Of a stretch of DNA of 60,624 nucleotides, positions 38,092 through 49,292 are shown in pieces. A model generated the notes under the pieces. That model was not told the origin of the DNA, made no database searches, and saw only the letters and a list, made by a program, of their open reading frames with translations. The stretch comes from Catajapyx aquilonaris (lineage: Eukaryota): contig KZ538583.1 of assembly GCA_000934665.2 (NCBI GenBank), forward strand, positions 1 through 60,624. The letters are read 5' to 3'. Numbering within the stretch: position 1 is the stretch's first letter; the number at the start of each line of letters is the position of its first letter. The position numbers were made by a program, and so were the translations under genes.

Positions 38092-40302
38092 TAGTTTTCA
38101 GTTCCTGTGTTTTTTTCTTGTAACATTCCGGTAAGAATGTTTTGGTGCCATAAAGGTTGTTAAAGTTTATTTCATTGTTTATTCCTCAATAAAATAAAAT
38201 TTGAAGTGTCTTGTACTATAATTATTGTCGTACCTTTCCTTGTAAACACCATTGAGCAATATTTAAATACCATTTTTCTTAGGTAATTTAGGGATGGGCT
38301 GCTTTAAATGGGTCGTAGAGAACAAAGCCTGTTTCTTCCCCGTCATGAGGCGATTCGTCAATAAAAATGCCAAGTTATGAATCAAGTGATGCTTACATGC
38401 ACTTCAGGGACACCCCTGAACTCCTTCATCTTGATAAAACACATTGTTTATATTCACACGCAGGAGCTGTCTGAGTCACCTGCTCAAAATTATGATAAAA
38501 TGCATTTATATTAATTTTTCCCTACCTCCACCCAGTGTGATTTTCTCGGACGCAGGCCATCCGATTTTATTCTCCAGTTCACGCTCCAAGTCGATCATGT
38601 TCGATGTTCTCTTTCGTCGCCGTGGCGCTAGCTGCAGTACGTCTGATCGCTTTGCTCCCATCCAATTATTATCTATTCTTTTTTTCATCGAAGCATTTTA
38701 GCCATGATTTCTGCCAAAGCTTCCGACCGATCTTCTTCACGTCAACTTTTCCCAACGCTGTCACACATTAAAATCATGGAAATAATAGGGGGAAACTGGG
38801 AAAAACAGTAGCACAATCTCGCCTTGTCACCTTCACTTTTGAAACTAATTGCACCATGTTTCAAAAAATGCTTTCTTTGCGTATTAAAAATGCTAATATT
38901 TACGGACAGTATGCCCATGACTCGTTTCCTATTTATTTCAAGCAATTAAATAGGCTGGCTCAATCTCACCCAAACGACGGGGTCCAATTGTGGCAATGAA
39001 AAATAATTTATATCTCCCCTTGCAAAAATTATTTTCACGTATGATCTGAAAGGAGAGATATGCAGCAATGTTGCATAAAATATTCGTTCCGATATATCAA
39101 TTACTCTGGTTTGCTTGCAAGGAAAACCTCCAAAAGTGGCACAATCTCCCCTCGTTTGACGGTACATACTGCTGTACCAAAAAGAAGAAAACATGTCTTG
39201 GAAATTGATTACTGGACAGTACGTACTTACTCGTAGATTACTGTACTGCACTATGAAACTCGAGATATTGAAATCCCAATAAGTTGGACACCTCCCTATG
39301 TTGGACAATTTTCTTGGAACCGTCAGTGTCCAACATAGACAGGTTGTACTGCATTTGCACTCTATTCTCAAAACTCGTGCTTTACACTTAAAATGTATTA
39401 CGTTAGGCTACTTTTCATAAAATAAGAATAGTGTGTAATGTTCAGCTGATCAAGTAAACAATGGGGGGAAAGTAGTCTCTCTCACAGAACGGCATTCAGT
39501 TTATTGTCGATAAGTGCAGCCTTTTACTGCAATCAACCAATATGTGGTGCAAAACATTCTCCTTCCCCCCCCCCCCCTTCTATCTCTGTCTCTCCCTTTC
39601 GCACACGCAGTAACAGTATTCCTAAAGCAATCTCAGGCAGGCCGTCAAGGTGCTATTTCTCGACCTGGTTCCTATACCGGTGGCGTAATTATTATGGCAT
39701 GGCACTAGTAAGGCCCCAACGTTACTATTCCTCTCGATAATAATTATTCTCGTTGTCAATGTCGAGGGCAATGGCTTTATTAAGATAGTGAGGCTGTAAG
39801 GTTAATTTTGGTATATCGAATGTGACTCTAGCTAATCCCACCAATGCACCTCTCCGGCGTGCCAGAGAATATTACGCGCCTTGTCTTCCACGTGGCTTCC
39901 GTGTCTGTCGAGCGCAATATTTAGTGAATCATAATGTCCCACAAAACAAAAATTGTCTGAATTGACGGATGGCCGAAGGTGGTAGATGAAAGAGCCCAGA
40001 CCGAGAAGTTTCATTATGCTTTTTTCGATATTGGTGTATTGAAAGCTAAATTCCGACATGGAAGGGCTCCCTGCTTGTATAAAATAATTACAGGCAGAAT
40101 CGTCCAGGCTCGAATCTAGACTGATTAAAGGGAGAGACTGATGTAGATAGAAGATGAGGTATGATTGTGTGAATGTGCGTAGTGTGTTCCTCCTCCTCCT
40201 GAACCTGCGCCGCCACATGTCCCGCCCTCCCCCTTTTTATCTTCCTTCTCTACAAAGGTATCCTGTGTGGTTGTGAGGACATATTGAGCCTTCCCGTTGC
40301 AG

Positions 40303-40466
40303 CTCTGGGCGCTCACTTCTTCCCCGGGGCAGCTGAGTTGTGGCCCCATCACCCGCTGGCCTACTCCGCCGCAGCTGCAGCCGAACTACCAGGAGCCGCA
40401 CTACAGCCCCCGACGCTCGTGCACCCTGCTCTCCACCCACAGGTGCCCGTACGTTCCTATCTTTGA
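40303..40466 (+). CDS. cpo: couch potato exon: terminal exon of short single-RRM isoform, or internal exon if a donor at 40443/40449 is used
   Basis: ttcccgttgcag acceptor, phase 1 fits previous exon; (P)LGAHFFPGAAELWPHHPLAYSAAAAAELPGAALQPPTLVHPALHPQVPVRSYL*, TGA 40464-40466; resembles the insect Cpo C-terminus as I recall it. Confidence 0.92.
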
Positions 40467-41176
40467 CTATCTCTGGCCCCCGACAAACACGAAGATGTGC
40501 TGCAGCAGCCGGGCCTTCATGTTAGTCTCGGTTTGGATTACCTCCTCCCACCTGTCTCACGCCTCTTTTTTGTTCTCAACCTTTTTTTCTCTCACCGCCA
40601 CACACTGGTCAGAATCGAGGTAAGGCCTGGACAAAATAATGGAATTTACATCACTGTCGCTTTTTTGCGCATTCACTCTAGCAACAGGTGTCAGCCTCAC
40701 ATTTTATTTCTTGTTGATACCGTCTGCAACAGTCGTGGACTGCAGGAGCTGAACTACAATATTATGTGGGGCGTCTGAGCAAAGAGTCATAAACGAAAAC
40801 AAAAAGAAAAGTAAAAACAGAGTTAGGTTGCAGGTAGTGGTCCACCTCAAGGCAGGTGATATGCAAATTCCACCATGCAAATAGGGGCAAAAGTAACCCA
40901 GAAAGAAAGGGAGAGTTCTCACTATACTGATCTATCCAAAGTTAGTCGCATCCTTTACACACCAGTACTTTCATTTTTATGTCAACTCCGTCGTGATATT
41001 TTTAGCCGGAAAGACCGATTCAGCTGACGTCACATTTTCTTGAATATCTCTCAGTGTCATGTGCATAATATGTCATGACTGTTTGCTCGGGAGATCCACA
41101 TGTAGTGTGTGTCTACTCAGGGCTTACTCGGGATGAGGCATCCTTGAAATCATTTTCAGTCAAGTCTCGCAAGAAA

Positions 41177-42188
41177 TGTGCGTATCTGTCTTCAATAAGC
41201 TGTGGGACCGGAAGTTAGTAGTTTTTACTGTAACTGTGGGGATTTCATTCATCTGTGGGGACATTTTCCCCACTTGCGGGGACAATTACGGTCCCCACAA
41301 GAAAATTGCGGGTTTGCTTTTGCAGTAGTGGGGACAAGTCCCCACTATTTCCAGTTGCAGGATTTTAGAAAAGTCTATTTTTCTCAGCCTAGGTTACTTA
41401 GGGTAGGTTAGGAGGCCTTTATGCACAAAGGAACCAGGCGCCATTTTCACAATATTGAGATAACCGTCTGTGATGGTACGCGAATGAGTAACTTAAATTC
41501 TGCAAAAAGAACCAGTCTTGTTCTAGTTTACACTAGCTTCGAAAAGTTGTCTTTTTCACGTCCCCACAGCTAATAGGCCTCAGGGAGTGGGTGTGGGTGG
41601 ACGCGTCTTGCTATCCCCTGTGAGGAATTTTTTACGCGTTTTTCCTATCCTTGTGAGGAATTTTGTCATTACGAGGTAGTTTACCTGTACCTCATAGTGA
41701 ACACGCCTCACAAGGATAGGGTAAAATCGAAACAATACCCCATAAAGACAGTAAAAATATATTTCACCAAAATTTCGTGTGTTTCCTTGTAGGTTAGGTT
41801 AGGTTAGTTTTAAATTTTAAATTTTGGAAAAACCACACAAGGATAGGAATGCGCGCCTCAGTGTGTGTGTGTGTGTGTTCTTGTCTTCAATAAGGTCTGG
41901 GGACGGAAACAGGTGTGTTACTGCAACTCCGGGGACGTTGACCCAATTGTGGCGACATTTTCGGTCCCCACAGCTTGACCCACGGGAATATCACCGTTAC
42001 AGTGGGGACATGTCCCCACTATTTCGTTTTGCAGGGTTTCACAAAAGTCAATGTCTCTCAGCCTAGGTTAGTTAGGGTAGGGTAGGGTATGTTAGGTTAG
42101 GGTAGGTTAGTTTACACTCGCTACGAAAAGTTCAGTTTCCACGTCCCCACACCTTAGTGAAGACAGGTCTGTGTGGGTGTGTGTGTGT
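41177..42188. mobile_element. array of three (GT)n-bounded elements with TTAGG/TAGGG tracts
   Basis: units about 41177-41585, 41600-41860, 41878-42170; units 1 and 3 homologous (tgtcttcaataag..ggggac..gtccccac); GT runs at junctions. Confidence 0.7.
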
Positions 42189-43100
42189 TCCCATAGGCCC
42201 GGTTGTCCCATTGAAGGTATCACAGATCTTGGATCAAGGGTTTACCCTTGTTATTAATTATTGGGAACAATTCATCTGATGAAAGCGGTGATAAGATTTC
42301 GGTCCACTGTCTACCAGTCGGAGATGCGACAGGCCAAAATAAAGCGCATGCTGTTTTGATAATGAAACTTGTCTTCCTATTGTGCCATCTGTGGGTTCTT
42401 GGGCCCAGAAGCAAGTATTCACAAGCACAGGTGCTTATAGTTGGCGCTGCAGTCGTCCAAGCGGTTTCCTAGTATACGGCGGCTTATTGAAGTATTATGT
42501 ACTTCGACCCCCCCCCCCCCCCCCNNNNNNNNGACCCCCCCCCCCCCCCGCCGCCACACACAAAGGCGATTTCATTATTTCGCCACCTTCTGGAATATGT
42601 TCAGGGTTGTAGCAGCTGTCACCGAAAGTTTCAGGGATTTTTTGTACAGTCGAGAAAATATTTAAAACGGGCGTAGAAAATTGGGTGTCTATGCCGTATC
42701 TGTTGAGCTGCGATGGCCGTTCTAGTGTCATTTCCTAGGTTTTCAGGGTCGGGAAACTCAATTACGGATGACATTTTCAAACCCGTCAGAGACAACCGTA
42801 CATAGTCCGGAGTACATTAGTTCCGATCGGAGCTGGCTGTCCTTTACCTCCGACCCAAAGAGCTTATAGTTGCACCAAGAGAGGAAAAAACGAGCTGGTA
42901 GCGTAGGAACCGGTGTCTCCAATCGACTGACCTACCATCTGGCGGAGTCACAGCCAAACTCGAGACTGTATTGTGTATACGGTAGATCGAAGCAGTGCCG
43001 GAAATATGGCAATAAAAACCCCAGTGGTTGGAAATAAGGCATAATTACGTAATAGTATACCCGCCGATTTAATTTAAAAAATGAAGACAAAACACGTATA

Positions 43101-43536
43101 CAGGGTGTTCATGAAAAACACCGACAAACTGATAACCAGTGGCCAATGGTAACGTGAGGGTCATTTTATGTAGAGGAGTCATTATGTCTACACCGCCTCA
43201 TTACTGAGATAATTGACTCGTTGCTGATTAGCGATTTTTGCCTAATCGCTCCTTCTGACTTTTAAATGGAATTTACAGGTGTAACTAGCCATAGAGACCT
43301 TACCACCTGTGGGCAAAAAACCAACAAAGTCCGGCCCCCAGACCTTCCAGACCCTTGTGACTGGGAAAGGGTTCGTTGGGTGGCCTAACTTCCAGGATAT
43401 TTTATACTACCTGTTTGAAGGCAATTTGCGCGGTAATGAGGCGGCCCAGGAATAATCGCTCCTCTACATAATGTGATCGTCTGGTCCCTAGGTCGGGGGT
43501 GATATAGGTGTGTCGGTGTTTTTCATGAACACCCTG
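43101..43536 (+). mobile_element. Tc1/mariner-type MITE, copy 1
   Basis: TA|CAGGGTGTTCATGAAAAACACCGAC TIRs. Confidence 0.93.
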
Positions 43537-43921
43537 TAGAGGATAAATATCACCTATATTACACGTTTTACATACATATGCATTATTCATTATTACAACG
43601 AGCATAAAACTTGATTGCTTCGGGTGGGAAGTGCAGCTCACAGAGGCTATAGCTTCGGTAGGAAGGTCCACCCAGGTTCCACCCTCGGTGGTCACAAGCA
43701 AGTCATGTCTTCCGGAGAGTCGGCACCAGTCAGTAAAAACCTGTGGCTCCTTTGAGAACGCAAAAAATGGGGTCCCAGCGCGTGCCGACGGAGAAGAAAC
43801 TCGCCTCCATCGGCCGGAGTTCGGCCGGGGGACGGACAGGTTGGCCAGCTGCGCCGAGTATCAGTGCCGGGTCCAAAATACGACCTCGCATGAGTTACTT
43901 TTAAGATTTAGAACTCTTAAT

Positions 43922-44209
43922 AATTATTATAATAATTCATACCCCGTTATCAGCCATCGGCTCTTTAGGGGGGGGGGTTTGTTTTACCTGGAACTCTTTG
44001 CTTTTCATTTTACTGTGCTCTTTGGGATAGGATAGGGACGGAAGGAAGCGGCTGTGGCCTATTAATAACGGAAGCAACTCCGGAATTTTCCTGGAAGGAC
44101 CGTGGGAAACCACAGAAAACCACGGTCAGAGTTGCCGGCCCCGGGATTCGAACCCAGGACCTCCCGATTAACAGTCGGAAGCCTTATCCACTATGCCAAC
44201 CTGCTTCGG
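43922..44209 (-). mobile_element. SINE family B
   Basis: 15-bp TSD tttagaac(t/c)cttaat (43907-43921, 44210-44224). Confidence 0.93.
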
Positions 44210-44370
44210 TTTAGAACCCTTAATTATGTGCGTCTGGTATTTTTAAAAAAACATATTTTATTGAAATTCCACATGACAGTAGCGCCGCGTAGTGGGACAA
44301 CGGCCAATTGCGTTGGCTGAAAAAGTGGCGACACTCGGAAACCGTTTTTTCCTCTCTTGGTGCAACTATA

Positions 44371-44803
44371 CAGGGTGTTCATGAAAAACACCGACACATC
44401 ACCTATATCACCCCCGACCTAGGGACCAGACGATCACATTATGTAGAGGAGTGATTATTCCTGGGCCGCCTCATTACCGCGCAAATTGCCTTCAAACAGG
44501 TAGTATAAAATATCCTGGAAGTTAGGCCACCCAACGAACCCTTCCCCAGTCACAAGGGAGGTCTGTGGGCCGGACTTTGTTGGTTTGTTGCCCACAGGTG
44601 GTAAGGCCTCTATGGCTAGTTACACCTGTAAATTCTATTTAAAAGTCAGAAGGAGCGATTAGGCAAAAATCGCTAATCAGCAACGAGTCAATTATCTCAG
44701 TAATGAGACGGTGTAGCCATAATGACTCCTCTACATAAAATGACCTTCACGTTACCATTGGCCACTGGTTATCAGTTTGTCGGTGTTTTTCATGAACACC
44801 CTG
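44371..44803 (-). mobile_element. Tc1/mariner-type MITE, copy 2 (inverted relative to copy 1)
   Basis: near-identical reverse complement of 43101-43536; TA flanks. Confidence 0.93.
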
Positions 44804-46024
44804 TATAAGCTCTTTGCCTCCGACCACCTCTTCTGCGATGTACGAGTAGATGGTGGTTTTTGAATGTTATTGACTATTGTGTATTTCTAAAATACGGTAT
44901 ACAGTATTAAGATTTCGTAAAAGAGGAGAATCAAGCGCATCATTTATCATTTAAAAATATCTAAGGTGAGACGTGGTATTTGCAATACCGACAGGTAACC
45001 TTTTTCATATCGTATCTAAAATACAATATTGCACAAAATGGAATCTAAAATCATCACTAAGGATAAGCTCTTCTCTTTTTAATTTGTTATTTATATTGGA
45101 AAAATAGCAGATTATATTTAAACAAACTTTTTCCCGACAAGTGTCAGAATTGCCCCATAGGGGAATGCAATATCATAAGCTGATGGTCATTTAGCGTTTC
45201 ATTTACAGCAGATGGGGTAAATGCAACATACTGAACTATGTGTTTTGGAAGCATCATAATTTTATATTAAAAAGTAATTTTATGGCAATTTTAGTCACAT
45301 TTAGTGAAGTCCAATAATATTTGTGCAGTGTCCATGGCTTTGTTAAAAATGTACAGTACATATTTTCTGGGCTAACATGATCAGTCAGTATGCCAGAAAT
45401 GTCTAAAATAATAAAACCAACATAAAGTTCAAATACCGGTATAAATCATTGGAGTCTGAAATAGGCTAATTCCAACATGCAAAAGTAATACGAAAATTTA
45501 TGATTTTTAAATTTCGTCTGGATTAGGTCCAATTGTTTTCCTTTTTCAATATTTTAGCAGTGAAAAGAGCATATTGGTTTTGCCGGTGTACGTAGGTAAG
45601 GAATATATTTACTGCAAACTTTTTGACAAAGTTTACCCGAGTGTCTTTTCAGTATGTACCGCGTACTTTCAGCCTTGTGCAAGTAGGTGCTGGCACATTT
45701 TCCCTTGCGGTTCGACCCCCCATGCCTTCTTCGGGCGAGTAAATACTTCGGGAATAAGTGCAGCCGTATTTTTTGGCCCGTACTCGGTCTGCTTCTTGAA
45801 CTGCTTTCGGCCGCCATTACTGTAACTCCAGTGATCGCCGCTAGGATCCGCCCACTTCACTTGTGCTTGCGAACACGAGGGGCGATAATTATGTAAGTTC
45901 GTGGTTTCAACTTAGAGGAAAGATAACTTTGAGAATCTCACGACTACATAAAATTAGTCTACCACGTAAACCGCAATTTTCACTTGTTTCAAGTTCATGC
46001 CACCTATCCTAGGGTTCAGATATA

Positions 46025-46357
46025 CAGGGTGTCCCATCTTTTTTTGTCAGAACAGTTATCGGAAAATTGCACGTAGCTGCTACTTTGTAAGCAGTGACTT
46101 GCAACCGGTGATTTGTCGGAGGAATGGGGAATGGGGGGAAAAAGAGGGTCACACATCCCATGGCATGTGTGACCCTCTTTTTTCCAGGCTTGACCCTCAA
46201 TTTTCAGCGGGCAGCACGTGTGCCACTTCAACCTACGATTCGCAGGGAATATTCTCCGTTCATCCGAAAAATCACTGTTTGCAAGTCACTGCTTACAAAG
46301 TAGCAGCTACGTGCAATATTCCGATAACTGTTCGGACAAAAAAGTTGAAACAGCCTG
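46025..46357. mobile_element. Tc1/mariner-type MITE
   Basis: TA|CAGGGTG...CAGCCTG|TA; about 85-bp TIRs. Confidence 0.87.
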
Positions 46358-46875
46358 TATAAATATTGTAATACCTGATTGAGTGCATGATATTTTGTGT
46401 AGATCGCGCATCAAGGAGCCATCAAGTAGGCCTACCAGCATAGTGACAAAGGGAGTGGCTTCCAAGGGCATCTTTTAAGACATGGAAGGAACAGCTCCTG
46501 TTTGAACAAGTCCCTCCGTAGGTGGACCAAATTATTTGACCTTTGTGGAGGCAGAGAAATAAAATATTTTCTTGTCCTGCGTGTTATCATCATGTCTACT
46601 ACGTTCTGCATTATACCACGAACTTATACAATGCCCCACGTCCAGTGCAAGCGAAGTAAGGAATAAGATGATTGTGTTGAAGTAGGCCTACCCTTTTATG
46701 GTGACGATGTATACGACGAGATATCTTTTAATACCCATAAACATGTCACTGGAGTCTTGCCTCACCCTGCAGACTGCTGTCACTGAAACAGCCACACAAT
46801 CGTCGTCGTCTAGGCCTTACTGATTGGTCTCTAGACAGTTCTCATACCTGAATTTTTAGTTTCCTTAGTTCAGGT

Positions 46876-47181
46876 CATGGTCTTAGATTAGTAAGGTCTG
46901 GTCTCTCCCCTATTATCGCCTTAGGGGCCTGACGGGGTGTTTTGCGGCAGGTGTCCGCGTGTAGCCCTTTTCAGGGCTTCACAGACATGTGGGACCCTAC
47001 CGGACTGCTCTGAACTTAGGTAGAAGAGAGCTCTCTCTTCTACCTATAAGTTCAGAACAGGCCGGTAGGGTCGCATTTGTCTGTGAAGCCCTGTAAAGCA
47101 CTATCACGAGGCCACCTGCCACAAAACACCCCGTCAGGCCCCTAAGGCGACAAGAGGGGGAGTGTCCGGACCTTACTAGTC
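46876..47181. mobile_element. hairpin-family copy (variant core)
   Basis: catggtcttaga..taaggtctgg start; inverted arms tcgccttaggggcctgacggggtgttttg; matches about 36080-36300. Confidence 0.78.
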
Positions 47182-47747
47182 TTTCAGGCTATCCACTGAT
47201 GGATAATTATACTAGCATCCCATTAAGAAAACAACATGCTCTATATTGAGGCAATGTTTTCCTAATTTTAGTCGACTGATATCTGCTTGCATCTTGTATC
47301 ATATTGTCCTCCTACCATTTCACTGCTCATCACTTTGGATGGTCACATCCCAAACTGTAATTATTCAGTTTTAAAATGAATTATTTAGTTGAGGCCTTCT
47401 TGTTTCGTCAAAGGATGCTGTTTCACATAGCAGAGGAAACTTTAAGTTACATGGATATACTGTATACTGCCAGACATAAGAAGTAACGATTTCAAAAGTT
47501 GTAAAAAGCACTCATCAGATGCCCAAATAGATGAAAATTACATTCAATGTGTTCACTCTGGAATGGAATTAATGCCATTTTAGTTCCGTAAACAAATGCG
47601 CCATTTTAATACGAAAATTTGACATGGGATTGTACTTTAGGAACACCCAATAGCCTATCTCTACCAGGTATTTATTTTGCCATGAAACAGAGTGAATTTT
47701 AATTACGCATCTAAAATTCGCCATTTTTAATGTCACACTTGAGATCA

Positions 47748-48120
47748 GCCCACGGACACTACCCCTATCTTCTGGGCTTATCACCTGCCGAGGGGTTTTG
47801 CAGCGAGTGCTCACCTGAGACCGCCACGAGACATTTCTCAGAGCATTTATGTGGCGACCCTACCGGACTAAGGCTGAACTTTATAGGTACGAAAGGGAAG
47901 CGCTACATGCTGGCCCAACATGGCCGCCGGCGGCCATGTTGGGCCCCCCAATGTAGCCCTCCCCTTTCGTACCTATAAAGTTCAGCCTTAGTCCGGTAGG
48001 GTCGCCACATAAATGCTCTGAGAAATGTCTCGTGGCGGTCTCAGGTGAGCACCCACTGCAAAACCCCTCGGCAGGGGGTGGGTGGGGAGTGACCTAACCT
48101 GAGTCTTCTACAACCATGCT
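47748..48120. mobile_element. GC-rich hairpin-family copy, near-perfect
   Basis: 47784-48075 is an almost perfect spacerless palindrome; reverse orientation of the 15698-16065 copy. Confidence 0.85.
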
Positions 48121-49292
48121 TGAGATCGACTTCGGACTCACACACGGACGCACAAACATGTAGAAATCCACTATTTGGATCATGTATTGTAATGACTTTT
48201 TATATTTTGGCCAAGCATTACCTCGATTCCTACCACTGTGCTACAGTCAGGACATACCTTGATGCTGTTTGAATATTATTCACGTAATTTGCACTCCTGA
48301 TCACTAATGCAATTGTTATTTTATTCTTAATATGCATATTCATTTTATTTATTCGCTAGTTTTACCTTTAAAATGTGCTGCTGTATGTATGTGACACTGA
48401 TACGGAGAGTTTCATATTGATACCAACAAGGTTCTAGGTGAAATTCCTGGAGGATAATAATTATTATTTATGTGGAGTGTCATTTTGGTATGAGCTGTCT
48501 CTTTAGTGAGGTGATTACAAGGGGTTAACCACTCGACTGTAAAGTGTACACTGGAGTACCAATTCAAGTACGTAGTACCAAAGATTAAGGTACCTAAGGA
48601 GTACCTGGGAGTACCACTGCAGATGTACACCGGAGTACCGAAGTGGGTAACCTATTGGGTGATTAGCATTTATGCCGAAGTGTGTTGGCACCTTCAGCGT
48701 CTGCCTACTGAATTCAATAAGGCTGTTTATTAAATTTAAACTGCATTGGTAGTAATTTTTTATTGTAAATTTCAAAGGCAAATTCGGTTGGAAGGATGCA
48801 CATCTGTCAGCATACGAGAGGCTATACCTCTGTTTAAAGGCCATTATCTCGGTAACGAAGTAGCTCAGGCAAAATGACACGACACTGCGCAACTGCACTG
48901 TCGAATCACCAACTTTTAAAACCTAGGCTGTTTTTACAAGGAATGACCCAGTACACGTCTAATTGCATGTCAAGTGAGTCACGTATGGTGGTTCGACCCC
49001 AAGGTAATTTATTTTTAAAGATTAGGCGAAGACACATGCAAGTGGGTAAGTCCAGGAGAGTTCAACAAATGCATAACACCCCACATTGTTTGATTGGTCT
49101 GAAAGGACATGGGACGAATCTTATGGGAAAAGTTGAGCCAGTTGGATTCGGCTGAAACTTGGTCAGTTGATACATCTTGACCACAGGGTCAATTGTTCTG
49201 AATACCTAAGAAAATCTACCATGCCGTTTGGCTGCTAGAGGCGCTCAATGTCGTAATTTTAGGTGTCTCCTATCAACGCTCATTTTCATGCA

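Larger units (their letters stand above)
36655..38446. mobile_element. TIR element (about 85-bp TIRs) nested in 33601-39162
   Basis: cagtgtgttttatcaag.. / ..cttgataaaacacattg. Confidence 0.75.
33601..39162. mobile_element. large TA-flanked element with TIRs over 500 bp, filled with nested TEs
   Basis: TA|CCGTCAAACGGGGTGAGATTGTGCCAC...GTGGCACAATCTCCCCTCGTTTGACGG|TA; arms about 33601-34150 and 38690-39162. Confidence 0.75.
42856..44816 (-). mobile_element. DNA transposon remnant with decayed THAP domain
   Basis: TIR CAAAGAGCTTATAGTTGCACCAAGAGAGGAAAAAACG (right copy split by a MITE); direct repeat cctccgacc at 42847-42855 and 44817-44825; minus strand FFAFSKEPQVFTDWCRLSGRHDLL / YRSYSLCELHFPP. 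Confidence 0.8.

Noticed and set aside
41385..42112. TTAGG repeats as an interstitial telomere
   Set aside because: Short, degenerate and at equivalent positions inside repeated elements
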